In this document: piece by piece, positions 33,438 through 35,658 of the stretch | Position numbering within the stretch: position 1 is the stretch's first letter | How the letters are laid out: each line of letters opens with the position of its first letter | Source: a virus | Lineage: Duplodnaviria > Caudoviricetes | Strand: one strand, 5' to 3' | Virus record (IMG/VR): IMGVR_UViG_3300020045_003679 | Span: 1-35,658 of that record | DNA: 35,658 bases | Position numbers and translations under genes: made by a program | Notes under the pieces: model-generated | What the model was told of the DNA's origin: nothing | Databases searched by the model: none | What the model saw: only the letters and a program-made list of their open reading frames with translations

Positions 33438-33677
33438 ATGGGTTGGTGTAGCGGAACCGTAGTATTTGATGCTGTCTGTGACGCACTTCTGAGCGAAGAG
33501 GCTCCAGACAAGAAGTACGCCATTAAGGCATTGATTGCAGCACTCACAGATAACGAATGGGACTGCGAGCCTGAGAGTGAATACTGGAATCACCCGCTTG
33601 TTAAAGAGTGCTTCTGCGAAACCCAAGACTATTACAAACGGATGTATCAAGAAATGGAGGAAGACAATGGGAATTGA
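33438..33677 (+). CDS. hypothetical protein
   Basis: MGWCSGT...DNEWDC; AAGGAG SD. Confidence 0.7.
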   Translation: MGWCSGTVVFDAVCDALLSEEAPDKKYAIKALIAALTDNEWDCEPESEYWNHPLVKECFCETQDYYKRMYQEMEEDNGN

Positions 33678-33954
33678 TATTGATTCACGCTTGATGATAG
33701 GTCTTGCATATGACGACCTTGTAGAAGGTCTAGACGAGGAGACGGATGCTTATGAATGGATTGAGGAACTTGGTCTTGACTCTGCATCCCCATATTACGA
33801 TGCAGATATGAATGCCTGTATTTACGGTATTTCAGTCAATGCGTGGGGAAATACAATCGCAGAGGTTATTCAAGGATTGAATGAAGCAGCAGAGGAGTTT
33901 GCCAGCTTGACGGGCAAGCAAGGTAAAGTGTTTCAATCTCAGCACGTCTGGTGA
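33667..33954 (+). CDS. acidic hypothetical protein
   Basis: MGIDIDSRLMIG...ASPYYDA; GGAGG SD. Confidence 0.7.
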   Translation: MGIDIDSRLMIGLAYDDLVEGLDEETDAYEWIEELGLDSASPYYDADMNACIYGISVNAWGNTIAEVIQGLNEAAEEFASLTGKQGKVFQSQHVW

Positions 33955-33957
33955 GCC

Positions 33958-34155
33958 ATGAACCCCTCCCAATTCACCTTCCTCCGTCAGCAGCACTATT
34001 TCCAAGAAATCTCTACGGAATATGATTTCTACACGATGGTGCAATCTGATTACGTAGGAAACAAATGGGGAAGCTCTTTTCCAGATACATTCCGTGAGCA
34101 TCAAATTGCTCATAAGTGGAATAGGAAATTGGCTCGTAAGATTGCTGTTAAATAA
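33958..34155 (+). CDS. hypothetical protein
   Basis: 65 aa; fills the gap. Confidence 0.5.
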   Translation: MNPSQFTFLRQQHYFQEISTEYDFYTMVQSDYVGNKWGSSFPDTFREHQIAHKWNRKLARKIAVK

Positions 34156-34170
34156 GATAAGGAGAAGGGT

Positions 34171-34638
34171 ATGGCGAAGTATGTTGTAGGTGCATGGGTA
34201 ATTTGTATCAGGAGTGATGAGGGAGATGAGGCACAAGTGGGCTGGACTGGAATTGTAGATGAGGTCTCAGAAGCTCCATACGTCAGGTGGGACATTGATG
34301 GCAGCTACTCCTGTGTTAGCGAAGATCAGATTGAATTCTTCAATGGTGAGATTCCAGCCGCGCCTAAAAAGGGACTCAACGTGGACATTGGCTCCGCAGC
34401 AACAAGCCAACATTACAATGGTTTTGCTATTCAGCCTATTGAGTTGATGCAGATTGCACTATCTCCAGAAGAGTTTCAAGGCTTCTTGAAAGGGAACCTG
34501 ATGAAATACACCATCCGCGCGGGACAGAAGCAAGGAGAGGCTCCCGAGAAGGATAATAACAAGGCCAAGCAATACAAGCTCTGGCTGGATCTCGCTCAAG
34601 CAGGCAAGGTGATTGATCCTCGAAAGGATGTGGTATAA
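34171..34638 (+). CDS. DUF3310-like protein with N-terminal SH3-like module
   Basis: HYNGFAIQPIE...FQGFLKGNLMKYTIRAGQK...KDNNKAKQY. Confidence 0.8.
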   Translation: MAKYVVGAWVICIRSDEGDEAQVGWTGIVDEVSEAPYVRWDIDGSYSCVSEDQIEFFNGEIPAAPKKGLNVDIGSAATSQHYNGFAIQPIELMQIALSPEEFQGFLKGNLMKYTIRAGQKQGEAPEKDNNKAKQYKLWLDLAQAGKVIDPRKDVV

Positions 34639-34639
34639 C

Positions 34640-34885
34640 ATGCACTGGCTCATTGCCCTTGTTTGTGCAAACATCTCGATATGCTACATTGAATGGACAT
34701 ACAGGGCAGGGCAGCACGAAACATTCTATTCTGCCTTGCCTTACATTTTTGTTCCGATTATGCTGTCACAATGGGCCTTGTTTGTTGGATTCAAGAATGC
34801 TCCAAGTTTATTTGCCGCAGGGGCATTTTTCTCCCTTGTCAATGTTCTCCTGAGAATCGGAAATACGTATGTTTTAGCGGAGCAA
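34640..34885 (+). pseudogene. membrane-protein gene truncated at the inversion junction
   Basis: Encodes nearly the same protein as the - strand copy up to ...YVLAEQ, then runs into antisense sequence. Confidence 0.65.
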
Positions 34886-35174
34886 TATCTTCAATACAAC
34901 GAAGGCTTGCTTCACCAACAAGGTGATCCACCTCTAACTTACTCTTTCCTGTCCATTCGCCAGTTAGGGCACAGGGCTTGCCACTTTTAGCCTTCCCTGT
35001 GTATCCCTCTGGAGGAGGAAGACATTGTGCATTCTTGAACATCAGCTTTGGAGGGTACTTCTCCCACACAGCTCTGCGCAGCCCTCCGCGAAGCCAGCTA
35101 AAGAAGGCTGCACGAGTCTTCCATACAGAAGGATACTTGGCTACGAGAATATCAATGTGATCAGGTTCCATCAT
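34880..35174 (-). pseudogene. HNH-type nuclease, 3'-truncated at the junction
   Basis: WKTRAAFFSWLRGGLRR...CALTG...LEVDH; the reading frame enters the inverted copy after EDIA. Confidence 0.6.
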
Positions 35175-35337
35175 TAGCCACATTATTCAGCCAAACTTCC
35201 TTCAATCGACAGTGTTCCGCCCAAGATTCAGGCAAGTGTGGCTCGTATTCCCACTGGAGGCCACTCTTCAGGAACAGCCTATAGTCCTCTTCAGTTTCTA
35301 CAACACGCCAGTAATGATCTGAGGCAATTTGTTTCAT
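35161..35337 (-). CDS. hypothetical protein (58 aa, MKQIASDHYW...)
   Basis: AGGAGGGG SD. Confidence 0.55.
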   Translation of the reverse strand: MKQIASDHYWRVVETEEDYRLFLKSGLQWEYEPHLPESWAEHCRLKEVWLNNVANDGT

Positions 35338-35345
35338 ATCCCCTC

Positions 35346-35658
35346 CTATTTAACTTTCAACAGCAGCACAGAGGCTGCAAGGAATGCTACACCAAGCCAG
35401 TTGTACTTGTTCAGTTGCTCCGCTAAAACATACGTGTTCCCGATTCTCAGGAGAACATTGACAAGGGAGAAGAAAGCTCCTGCAGCAAATAAGCTTGGAG
35501 CATTCTTGAAGCCGACAAACAAAGCCCATTGTGATAGCATAATCGGAACAAAAATGTAAGGCAAGGCCGAATAGAATGTCTCATGCTGCCCTGCCCTGTA
35601 TGTCCATTCAATGTAGCATATCGAGATGTTTGCACAAACGAGGGCAAGGAGCCAATTC
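35346..35658 (-). CDS. small multi-pass membrane protein (start lies beyond the window edge)
   Basis: NWLLALVCAN...KYNWLGVAFLAASVLLLKVK; four hydrophobic segments, SMR/EamA-like size. Confidence 0.7.
   Translation of the reverse strand, partial: NWLLALVCANISICYIEWTYRAGQHETFYSALPYIFVPIMLSQWALFVGFKNAPSLFAAGAFFSLVNVLLRIGNTYVLAEQLNKYNWLGVAFLAASVLLLKVK

Larger units (their letters stand above)
34642..35658. repeat. 244-bp imperfect inverted duplication (34642-34885 / 35415-35658)
   Basis: About 18 mismatches by manual count, nearly all synonymous. Confidence 0.9.

Noticed and set aside
34613-34990. 125-aa ORF as a genuine protein
   Set aside because: The C-terminal part after YVLAEQ is antisense HNH sequence created by the junction.
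1-35658. tRNA genes, reverse transcriptase/DGR, introns/inteins, integrase, alternative genetic code
   Set aside because: I recognised no cloverleaf/T-loop motifs, YxDD RT motif, intein ends or recombinase motifs. Core genes are uninterrupted, and all three stop codons terminate genes normally.

Overview
This window is a 35.7-kb segment of a dsDNA tailed-phage genome, read in the standard genetic code. It contains no structural, lysogeny, tRNA or CRISPR genes that I can recognise. It has five parts. (i) 1-5830: a + strand run of small genes, including a stand-alone NAD-ligase Ia-like domain, a 404-aa minimal family-A/T7-RNAP-like polymerase and a possible EF-Ts N-domain mimic. (ii) About 6600-11000: a - strand cassette of tiny early-type genes, one ArdA-like. 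It is bracketed by two non-coding blocks that carry host chromosome-maintenance motifs (a consensus parS, four DnaA boxes, a consensus sigma54 site and many palindromes), and may be a long terminal repeat or first-injected region. (iii) 11000-20720: a - strand nucleotide-metabolism block with ThyX, a class II ribonucleotide reductase and a DNA methyltransferase. (iv) 20900-34640: a + strand replication block with a SleB-like hydrolase, T7-gp4-like primase-helicase, family A DNA polymerase, SSB with a putative gene-32-like pseudoknot leader, 5'-3' exonuclease and a DUF3310 protein. (v) A terminal 244-bp imperfect inverted duplication that most likely marks a chimeric junction. Five free-standing HNH endonucleases and many consensus sigma70 promoters are scattered through the window. 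All product calls come from motifs recognised by eye; no database searches were run.
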